64,000 nucleotides of DNA, from positions 3,856,888-3,920,887 of the forward strand of contig BFEA01000010.1 in NCBI GenBank assembly GCA_003427395.1. The letters are read 5' to 3'. The notes under the pieces were generated by a model. The model made no database searches, was not told the DNA's origin, and saw nothing but the letters and a program-made list of their open reading frames with translations. Position 1 is the stretch's first letter. Each line of letters begins with the position of its first letter. Below, piece by piece: positions 1-10,112 of this stretch. This stretch comes from Chara braunii (taxonomy: Eukaryota; Plantae; Charophyceae). The position numbers and the translations under genes were made by a program.

Positions 1-433
1 AAAAGAAAAATGTCGGGTGGATGGTTTGGCAAAGCTTTGCGTGCAGGGGGAATCCATCTCGGCAAAAAGTGGCTCGGAGGTCGTGGCAGTTGTTAAACCT
101 CCAGAGATGGAGGTGCCCCTTCTATAGTGCAATGCATATCACAGCTTCTTCATCTCCAATCTTAGCTGTGTGTCTAATCAGTGCTTCCAACTCGGGGAGC
201 AAATATTTTGGAGGTGCCTGCCAGAAAGCTTAGCAGCATGCTAGGTCTGATGATATTGGTGGTCTCGAATCTGCTTGTTCAGGGTTGTACAGATGCTTGT
301 CCCCTCCTCCCCCACTCACTCTCAGTCAATCTACGTTGACCCTGTTGTTGTGAAATTGGGCAGTCTTGCTGATGGTTTATCATCGCTTCGCTGTGCTCGT
401 CTGCTTGTTCGTTTGCTTCATACAATACTACAG

Positions 434-541
434 ATCACAGAGGAGGTTGATACAGATCCACGAGCTGCTTATTTTCGTCAAGCTAGAAATGGGTTGCATA
501 TACGAATGGCCTTACTTAAGCTGCTATTGCTGGGGTGGTAA
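434..541 (+). CDS. PYRB: Terminal coding exon of plant-type aspartate carbamoyltransferase (ATCase); upstream exons lie outside the window
   Basis: After a CAG acceptor (431-433), phase-0 translation gives [35 protein letters not shown], matching the plant ATCase C-terminus ([28 protein letters not shown]). The rest of ORF 275..541 is intron. Confidence 0.92.
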   Translation: MTEEVDTDPRAAYFRQARNGLHIRMALLKLLLLGW

Positions 542-657
542 TGAATTGTGACCGAGAGTGTGTCATCCGTCTATAATGTTGTGTCCTTCATTTTGGGGTG
601 GTAATGAATTGTGCCCCGAGAGTGTGTCATCCGTCTATAATGTTGTTCATTTCATTC
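531..657 (+). repeat. ~63-bp tandem duplication spanning the PYRB stop codon and proximal 3' UTR
   Basis: tggggtggtaatgaattgtg..ccgagagtgtgtcatccgtctataatgttgt starts at both 531 and 594. Confidence 0.9.
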
Positions 658-1684
658 TTGGCACGCGTGACGATTCCTCATTTGTTTAGGTTTCTGTGAC
701 TTTCTGAGCTTCGTTTCAGTTTTTTTTTTTTTTTTTCCCCTGTTGCCTCGGACAGGCGGAGAGGTGGTGTTAGTGTGTATAGATCAGTCAAACTTGCTTC
801 CTTTCTTTTCTTTGAATATCTCCACTTCTTTTTCTTTTTGTTTCGGTAATGGATAGTCAATGAGCACTTTTTTTTCTTTTGTTTTTTGGGAACTAACCAC
901 CGCTGCCTCTGAGCCTCTTTTTTCCTGCGCTGGATGTGCGCCAAGTTCTGAACAAAATGGTGCGGTGCTTGTTATTTCGTTTTTTTGTTTGGCTGGTGCT
1001 GCCAGCCAAAGAGGTCTGGGAGGCTGAACCCCCGAAGAATGCGGTTTGTGATAAAAATCCGTCGGCCTCTTACGTGAGAAAGGTAAACTTCAAAGATGAT
1101 TTGGCTTGTGTCTTTCCGCCTGTCTGAGGGAACCCTCGATGTCCATTCAACAACCAGAGGAGTGCTGATGAAATGGTCAGCTTTGTGAAAATACTCTTCA
1201 TGAGCAGCCAGCAGTTTTAATCTGGACAGCCATATCATTTCAGTTGTTATTAGTTAGGGGTAATTTTGATCTGTACAGCCATATCACGGATGATAGTCTA
1301 CGGAATATTTCACAACGGTATGTCATGCGTACAGCCTGGATTGTTATTGGGGCGCTCTTGGTCGTTTCTCTCTGATCGGTATTCCTCTCTCTAGAGTCTC
1401 TTCGGTCTTGTGTGCCAAAGCTTTGATATATTTCCAATATTCCACTGACCCCCGAGCATGGGTCCTTTCGTTACTAGTCAGTTTAGAGCCTACTCACACT
1501 AGAGCTTTCTTGCCTGAATACGGTAGTGATTACAGGAATGCCAACTGACTTTCTGACATTCGTGCTTGTTGTGTCTTTTCCATCTGTTTGTTTCGTTCTG
1601 CTGGGCTCATTCTATGGGTCTGTAGTTTCTGTACTGAATGCACTTCGCTCTCTTTTTCTCTCTGTACGCCTTTGTTTCTCTCTG

Positions 1685-1792
<108 letters not shown>

Positions 1793-3622
1793 TCTCTTTT
1801 TCTGCCGCGCTATACCTCTCACCCCCATCCCGGAGGGAGAGCGGAGTTTCCAGCAGATGATATTCCCACTCTAGGAAGATTCTCATGCCCGGCCGGCTGG
1901 GCACCTGGGCGTGGGGGGGTCTGACGCCCAGGGTACCCAGGCACGCAAACAATGTATATATATTTGGTTCTCTGCGCTCTCCCAGAGGACCCCAAATACG
2001 GGCTCGTTTCTTTTTCTGCGAGTTGGCTGTCAGGGGGGTATAAATTGGTTTGAAAATTGAAAGGGGCTACAGGGGTTTAAAGGAGGGTGCCTTAGTGTGA
2101 TTCTGTTATGTTCTTTTTTATCTCCGATTCTGTGAGGAATTTTAATGTGACCCTCAGCCAAAAGTTGTTTGTATTGCAATTCTACACAACCTTTTTTCTT
2201 GGGGAATTTTTTTTATTTTTTTTTTGTTTTGCTGCTGGGGCTACCCGGAACCTGGAACGCTGCCCGGGGGTCATGGCTGGCCGTGCACCCAGGCGTGTAC
2301 CCGGGCATAAGTGGGTGCCCAGGCGCCGGGAAAAACAGCCTAGTTCCCTCGCCACACAAATACCCCTTGAAAGTTGAAACCAGATTTCAATTTTGCACCA
2401 AAAAAAAAGATCAAATTTAACTGGATGGAGATTCTAAATTCTGATGACATTTGTCATTTCTCAAATGTAAGTAGATGGTGTGATTCTGATAACATTTGTT
2501 GTTGAGATTATCATCGTGAGCATGATGATGAGGATTGTCAGCATCAGCAGCACAGGTTCCATTCTGGATTTTTTTCCCCATCCTCGGGATCGGGGTTAAT
2601 GCTCGTCTTCTGTTGTTTATGTCTCGTTTGGGGCTTCTTGATAAAATGATTTTGTCACAAGCAACTGCTGGTAAGCAGAGATCAACTCTTTTTGGACATG
2701 GCAGTGTTCTGGTTAACCACTTCGGAGGTGGACGCGGGGAAAGGATGGGAGAACTGAGGACGATAACTGTGTACTCTGTGTCGTTTCTACCTTTTGCTGC
2801 AGCGAATAAAGTCACATTGCTTTATTATGCCATGGAGTTGTGCATCTTTTGGGAGATCTTTTCAGATCAGATCATTACCATGCGCAATCACTGCTCCCCT
2901 TTAGTGATTGTTCATTGCGGTGCTTCCTGGTGATCGGCGTTAAGCTGCACATTCTGGACTGGACGGGCCTTAGATGTTTAGAAGAGAACAGAAGGATGGC
3001 TCTATTAAACCCACCGTTACCTTCCCCCAGCTACGCAGTGTTGAGGGACGATGGTTGATCATGAGTATATTTAATTTGGTTCAGGCTGGCCTGTACATCC
3101 CATGAAACGGCAATCGTGTTGTCAACTGGCACACCTTCGGGAGGTACCGGTGGTTCAAAGGGGATTGTTCTTTTTCATGCTCCCCCTTTTTGTAAGGATG
3201 AATGTTGTGTTTGCTATACCTCTAGTGGTCTCTTTTTGCGGTCATTGCTTCACATTTCATGCCCACTGGCATTCGTGCGCAGTTTGCCAGGACATCACTC
3301 CGTGGCAGTCCCCCTGTTGTGCTGCACAGGCCATGAGCACAGTTATGCTATGATGTCCTTTGTACCGCATATGGTTAACCAGCACCCGTATTTCTTGGTA
3401 GACTCGCAGGAGGTAAAGCGGGAAATGCTAATGACTGAACTCAGTTGGTGGACAAAGCTCACAGAGGACCAGCCAGGAGATCTCTCTCCTTCACAAGTGG
3501 GAGATCTTGAAATTCACAAAGTGGGAGTAGATGATGGTCTGAGGAGTGCCTCGATGATCTGCAGTGCAAAAACATTGAGAGAAAAAATACAGCTGTCCCC
3601 CGATGAGGAGAAGACAGCTTAA

Positions 3623-3773
3623 ACCACCAGTACCTCACCCTGCTTGAGAAAAACAACGCAGACGTATACGCGCCGCGTCGGGCGGGGTACCCACCGGGGT
3701 GCGACCGGTAGCCCACAAAAAACGAGCAAAAAAAAAATCAAACAGACGGGCGCGCGGGGCGGGGGAAGGAGGG

Positions 3774-3832
<59 letters not shown>

Positions 3833-3883
3833 GGNNNNNNNNNNNNNNNNNNNNNNNNNNNNNNNNNNACACACTGGCTGACG

Positions 3884-3922
<39 letters not shown>

Positions 3923-4014
3923 GAGATAAGAATGAATCTTCCGCCTTATCGCGGAAAGATTCATTCTCATTTCATGAGTGAGAGAGAGGGAGAGGGAGAG
4001 AGCGAGGTGTAAGT

Positions 4015-4057
<43 letters not shown>

Positions 4058-4304
4058 CTCAGGAAGATTCATTCTCGATGGAAACGTCTGAATCGTGATT
4101 TCGTTTTGTTTTTTTTATTTATTCAGATTGTTGTCCTCGTTTTTTTTTGTTTTTTTCTTTTCTTTCTTTTTTGCTGTTGTGTACTACCGGTTGCCCAAGG
4201 CTCGGCAATAAAGTCGAGGCTCAGCAATAAAGTCGAGGCTCCGCAAGGACCGGCCTACCGGTAGCCTGAGCCACGGGCCTTGACAACCGGTAGGTACTGG
4301 TGGT
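3623..4304. mobile_element. Non-autonomous DNA transposon with 13-bp TIRs flanked by TTAA (piggyBac- or Kolobok-type target), containing GA/TC microsatellites
   Basis: TTAA(3619-3622)+accaccagtacct ... aggtactggtggt(4292-4304)+TTAA(4305-4308); perfect 13-bp inverted repeat. Confidence 0.6.
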
Positions 4305-4308
4305 TTAA

Positions 4309-5491
4309 ACCACCACTACCTTTCCCAGGCAAAAGCAAAGTCCATCTAGTAGCTTGGGGGACGCCGACAGAATTAAAAAAAAAAAAAAAAAGTTTCAAAT
4401 CCAGGGATGTTGGGGAAGTTCCTCTTGAGGGTGGAAGTTGGCCACTTTGTAGAAGAGTTTGCTTTGTTGTTTTGTTTTGATTTTGTTCCGATGTTGTTTT
4501 AGTGCCCTGCCAGCCAGGCAGGGCGTATTTCACGGGTGGCACATTACTGTCTCGATGCTGTAGCATCCTGTTACGCCCTTAATCACAGCATAAGGGAGCT
4601 TTTTTTTGTTTTGTTTTTCTTCCTCCGTGTTTGTCCCCTACACGCCCTCACTGAGGGCACAGTCACTGGAGCACCTCATATAACATACCTGGCAGTTATC
4701 GTGGCGTTTGGGATGTTTTTTTCTTTTTCTTTTTCCCCCCCCCCCCCCCCTTGTTTCTTCTTGGATGAAACTCCCCTGGCTTGGCAAAACCTGGAGGGAG
4801 ATCCCACTACCGATGTATGTGGAGTAGCGGATAGGGCGTGTGACCTTTCGGCGCCATTGGTGAGACCGGTGATCAGTGGTGTTGTTTTTCTTGGTTTTTG
4901 GGGCGGGGGAACATATGACTTTTGGGGGGCTCCCATTGGGTGGCATTTCTTTCGCTTTTGTTGCGGTGCTCCTCTGGGGGTCATGAACGTGCGTGAAAAT
5001 CATACCAACTTTTTTTGGTTGGATTTTCACGCACCTTCCACTTACGTTTGCATCGTTGCCCATGCGTCAAAAGAGGCCGAAAATGAAAATGTTCCCCTTT
5101 TCTCATCATGAAGGGATGTCAGTTGATGTCGGAGTCTTCCACAACTTGTCTGTCATTTCAAGCCTCTCGTTGTGGAACGTTAACAAATGTGTGTTGGCGT
5201 CATGTACATGGTCCATGAACCGTCCACATGCACAACATACCAGCGGAATCATCAGAAGATCCACAACCTGACAGCTGACCGCAGTTCACAGCGGGTGGAC
5301 AACATTGTGTTGTCAGAATTAAGGCATTTCTGTTTTTTCAATATTTATCGCAGAGTAAAGGATGCCACACAGATGTCGCCCGCACGTCCCGCAACCGTCA
5401 CACTACTCCACATACATCGTTAGTGGGATCTCCCTCCTGGTGCGTTGTGAAAGTCAGGCTCGGCAAAAACAGGATCAGAGGTGGTGGTGGT
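4309..5491. mobile_element. Second related TTAA-flanked non-autonomous element, directly adjacent to the first and sharing the TTAA at 4305-4308
   Basis: accaccactacct(4309-4321) ... aggtggtggtggt(5479-5491)+TTAA(5492-5495), 12/13 inverted match; a ggctcggcaa motif lies near the right end of both elements. Confidence 0.5.
4794..5436. mobile_element. MITE with 34-bp TIRs and 3-bp CTG TSD (PIF/Harbinger-like)
   Basis: gagggagatcccactaccgatgtatgtggagtag (4794-4827) vs 5403-5436, 33/34 inverted identity; CTG at 4791-4793 and 5437-5439. Confidence 0.8.
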
Positions 5492-5691
5492 TTAAAAAAA
5501 TATAAATAAAAGAGGAGAAAAATGAAGGATAGGTGAAAGCTAAAAAAAGAGGTGAAATTGAGAGAAGAATATAGCTTTTTTTTAAAAAAAAAAAAAAAAA
5601 AAAGAGCTACCTGGCCCTGGTAGCTAAATGGTACACATATTCTGGACATGTAGGGGAAACCGCCATACAAAACAGAGAGCCCGTGTTCTTA

Positions 5692-6160
5692 CCATTAGGT
5701 TGGCTGAAAGAGGCTTACAAAAAAAAAAAAAAAGAGGTTATAAAAAATGCGAGGATATGAGTCCTCGGCAGGCCTAAGGGGCCCCTTGCAGCATATGTGC
5801 CCCCCCTAAGTGAAGGCGGGCCTAACAAATCACGAGAGGCCCTTGGCTGTAAATTTTGCATTTGGGGTCCAGCCAGTTTCGTCACGCCAGTTGGTTGAAG
5901 GGAAACACAGTCCGAGCAGCGTGGAAATTCCCAGGCCTTTTTCCATTAGGTTGGCTGAAAGAGGCTTACAAAAAAAAAAAAAGGAGGTTATAAAAAATGC
6001 GAGGATATGGGTCCTCGGCAGGCCCAAGGGCCCCCCTGCAGCATATGTGCCAGCCCTAAGTGAAGGTGGGCCTAACAAATCACGAGAGGCCCTTGGCTGT
6101 CGATTTTGTCCAGGCAGTTTCCTCGCGCCAGTCGGTAGAAGGGAAACACAGTCCGAACAG
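5692..6160 (+). repeat. ~250-bp tandem duplication of flank plus the 5' start of a family A LTR (LTR starts TGCGAGG at 5748 and 5998)
   Basis: ccattaggttggctgaaagaggcttac(a)n..tgcgaggatatg at 5692 and 5943; the LTR part matches 25166 onward. Confidence 0.85.
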
Positions 6161-6898
6161 CTGAACAGATGGCTACCAAGCTCCAAATGACATCAGGGAA
6201 TCACCCTGAGTCAAATGGCCAGGCAGAACAGATGAACTGGGTAGTACACCTGCTTCGGCATTATATTAAGCCAAGTCAGGATGACTGGGACGAGAAGTTA
6301 CCTCTCGTCCCCAGCCTGTACAACATCGATATGACTTTCAACCAGCTGCATCTTGGTTGGAAGCCCAGAAGTGCACTTGATCTTCTGCTACCAGAAAGGC
6401 AACCCACTGCAGCACCTGGCAGCATAGAGTTTGCTATCAAGTATGAACAGATGCTGCAGCAGGCCGTTTAACATATTAGGAAGTCTCAGGATGCTATGAT
6501 CGCATCTGAGAATAAACATAGACGGTCCTCTTAACTTTCAGGTAGGTGATGGAGTCTGGGTAAAGTCATCTGAACTGGGTCAGGAGATGGGGATTTCACG
6601 AAAACCGATGCCACAGTACTTTGGGCCCTAGGAGATCTTATACATTGTAGGGGATCAACCGGATGGGCCTTCATACGTGATTCACATTCCTCCACGCTTG
6701 CGTACTTACCCTGTTTTCCATGCATCCAAGCTGGCACCTTTCGCTGCTACAGATCAGTTTCCCTCCAGGAGATCAATGCTGACCCCAACCATGGATGGCG
6801 AAGTGGACATAGACCAGATTGTGGTGGAGCATCGTCTGATGCCAGTTCCTCGACCACCTGGCAGAGGCCGCCCTCCTAAGCAAAAAATGCAATACCGG
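6160..6898 (+). pseudogene. Family A (copy A1) integrase C-terminal region and N-terminal half of chromodomain, interrupted by element B
   Basis: TSGNHPESNGQAEQMN (integrase core end), YPVFHASKL, then DIDQIVVEH..GRGRPPKQKMQYR; contains stops and frameshifts. Confidence 0.88.
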
Positions 6899-9736
6899 TG
6901 TCGAACAACTGACTCTCTTTATACACTATCGGCCATGCCCATACCCGACCGGACTTTTGAGGAGAGTGAATTCACCCCTGCCTTTCTTTAGCGCCCGGAC
7001 TTAGGCAGGAACTGCCTCCCGGGAACCTTTTGAGCCCTGAGCGCTTTCTGACAGGAAGGTGGAAACAGTCGGCCAACACTGAGCGGACCTTTCCTGGCCC
7101 GCTGGCGTCTAGCCGGCATATGGCGCATTGGAATGGTGGGTTCACACTGTCGTCGTGCAACCCGCCGAACACTCGAAACACTCAGCGGTTCGAACGCTAA
7201 GTTTTGAAAGTTTGGCTCACGCCTTCAGTGCGTAACCAGAGGAGAAGGGAACAAGGGGATGTGAAACTAAAGGCGAGAAGAAGGGAAATTTGGCGAAGAC
7301 TTTAATTTCGCGGCCTTCACACGTGGGACTTGAGCTCCAGAAGACAGAGAAGAAGAGCATAAAGAGAGGAGAGGTGAGGAGAACGGGAGGAGAAAAGTTA
7401 TTGGGAGTTCGGGAGGGTGCTCGAAGCGTACGAGAATTGCACACGGACGGTCCAGTCCGCTGAGATACGAGCGTACGAGCGGATTGCGCACGCAAGGCGA
7501 GAACGAGGGAACTCAGAAGAGGGATCTCGCTACATCTGGATGTAGACAAAGGAGAGGACGGCTGGCGACACAACCACGAGCGGTCACCATGCGGAGAGGA
7601 CGGCTGGCGACACAACCACGGGCGGTCACCGAGCGCACGGTGAAGCCAGCGCGCTCGAGAGGTTCTTGTGGCAAGACGAACTGAGACGAAGGAACACGAG
7701 GGAGAGGTCGTGCGCAAAGGTGTTAGTTCGTTCGAGAGTGTTCGGGGATGTGCGAGCGCTCGAGCTCAGCGTGCACCGAGCAGGCGCCGTGAGCAGGGAA
7801 AACGGGAACGAAAGAGAGGGATAGAGAAGTAAGAGAGAGGGAGGGTAGGCGGAAGTACGAGGCGAGCAGAGGCCCACACGGCCTCTCGGGGCGATCGACA
7901 GAACCGCAATCGGAACGTGCATCAGGGACCCGGAGGGAAGAGCGAGAAGAGAGAAGAGGGGAGCATGCTCGAGGTGTCAGCTATTGGAGGAATGGGGAGT
8001 GCCGCAAAACGGAGAGCAGCTCAGTAAGATAGCGGGTGGGAAGGCGACTTCTGGATAGCAGCGGGAGAGGTGTGGGACGAAAGAGCGAGCAGACGCTCAA
8101 ACAACCGGAGGGTGGAGGCACGTGCCGAGCATCGGCGAAGGCGCGAGGTCGGAGGTTTCAAGAGGCGCGCTATGGGCAGCACCAACTAGGCTGCGGACTT
8201 GGCCGAACATGTGTCTTCCCTGACTGGGTTCGTTACCAGGGAAGTCGCCACTTCACTTTGCGAACGTCCCTTGGCCATAAGGCCTTCGACAGGATCTTGT
8301 GGTCAAAGTGCTGGTTACATGTTAATTGAGACTTTCCTTTCTGATTTTCGTTCCCCCTCTCTGTCTGTCTTCCGGATCCGGGCGGTAGGTGCGCATGGAC
8401 CCCACCAACCCCCTCATCCTGCTCTTTCTTCAATGCACGTCTCTCATTGCTCCTCGTTGCCTGCTTTCCTAACCGTCGTCAAGAAGATCGGAGTGCGCCC
8501 CCTTCTTCTCGCAGATTTCGTGAGGTCATTCTCCATCCGCCCCTTCCTTTGGCTCCTCTCTTCCTCGGCCTTCTGCCCCGACCTCTTAGATCGAATTCGA
8601 TCCTCCTCTTACTGTCGACGTTTCGCTACCTCCAGCGCAATCGATTTCCTTGACAGTTACTAAGAAATTTGAAATCAGCCCCGTCGGTTAGCCCCCCTTC
8701 CCATCTCGCTTTGGTTATGAATCTGGTACACTTCTCGATCTTGGTGCACCTGGCCGGTTCGTCTCTCCCTCCTTCCATCAGCGTGTTTTCAGACTTTGCC
8801 AATTTTTTGCGTCGGCCCCACCTGTTCGCTTCTCCCTACCTCACTTAGCCTACGAACCTGGTACGGTTCCGGATCTCGCTGCATCTGGCCTGTTCGTCTT
8901 CCCTTCATTTCGTTAATACGTACCTGGCCGTTTTCCATCTTCTCAGCTTGATCCTCGGGAAGAGGCTGCATCATCTATCCAGATCCCCCGGCTAGCCAGG
9001 GCGGCCTTTCCTGTATCGCTGAGGTTCGAGGCTGAGGCCATCCCAAGTCCTAGATACTTAGTGCCCAACCGAAGAGGACCCCACAACACCTGCTTCCATC
9101 GAGCTGACCGTGCGGTCGTTTGATCACCCTCGTATCATCGTCCCTGACCGGCCCCACCATTATCGTTAGTGGCCATCCCTTTCTCTTTCCGAGCATCGTT
9201 CGGGCGGCCGCTCTTCCGTGGAAAACGATCCAGCTTGACTGACAATTGGAGATGCCGTCCACAGCCATTGATTTCCCCTAGTCACAGCAAGACGTGAACA
9301 GGCCCCGCTTCGCGTCGCGTGGAAGTTACCAAGCTGTGGGGGGCGGCTGCAAGATCCTTAGCCTCACATCCAGCTTCAAGCACGCCCCTTGACCGACTTT
9401 GGCAAGCTCCGCGGCTGTCATCAATCATCCCGGCATCACTTTCCTTAAGTATCTTCCCCCCCTTAGTCCCAACGCCAGCCGGTCCTTCTCCCTTCTCGGG
9501 TGCCTTGTTAAAATTCTGGTTTCTCGTCCGCGCTAGGCCTCGCTTGCAACCACCGTCTCGGATCGTCCTTGCCTGTCTGAAGGTTAGTACGGGGAATAAA
9601 AAAACAAGATCACCCCCAAGACCTTCATCTGTTCGCATTCACGCACCAGATCATACAAAAAATAAGAAAAACACCCCAAAAAGCTTTCTTTTGTTGGGTA
9701 CAAAGGGGTACGCGACTGGTAGGCAGCCGCCCGACA
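6899..9736 (-). repeat. 3' LTR of element B (~2.84 kb, internally rearranged)
   Basis: 6899-7239, 7240-7905 and 9070-9736 align with the LTR at 22029-24993. Confidence 0.88.
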
Positions 9737-9974
9737 ACCAGCCCATACCCCAATTCTCGCCGTCCGCGGCAAGCTCCTCTGTAGCCCCTTTTCCCAAGCA
9801 ATGGTCCCTTTTTCTTTCCCCGGGCACACCTGTTTAGCATATTTTCTTCCCCTTGGTTTGCATTACCCCTCTTATCGGAGTACGTTCCCCCCTTCTTACC
9901 CTCGTTGATTAGTTTCTTTCCCTTGGAGCTATGATACAAGACCTAACTTTTTTATTTCTAAACGACATCGTCTA

Positions 9975-10112
9975 ATTATGGTACAGTCCCCCCTGAGTTT
10001 TTCCTCCTCCGGAATTATGATACATGCTTCTCCTAGCCATGGTACAGCCTCCCTTAGTTTCCCTCCTTTGGAATTATGGTACATGCTTTTCCTAGCTATG
10101 GTGCAGCCTCCC
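9975..10112. repeat. ~60-bp tandem repeat (about 2.5 units) at the 3' end of element B's internal region
   Basis: atggtacagcctccc..ggaattatggtacatgcttttcctagc repeated. Confidence 0.75.

Noticed and set aside
275-433. N-terminal part of ORF 275..541
   Set aside because: Intron sequence in frame by chance; ATCase similarity begins only after the CAG at 431-433.
2417-3622. Several 70-170 aa ORFs, possible degenerate transposase
   Set aside because: No recognisable motif in the frames I could read; left unassigned.
3910-3990. Hammerhead-ribozyme-like arrangement ctgatga-gataag..cttatc-gcggaaa between TC/GA arms
   Set aside because: Three extra bases separate stem II from GAAA and there is no valid NUH cleavage triplet; the palindrome explains the pattern.
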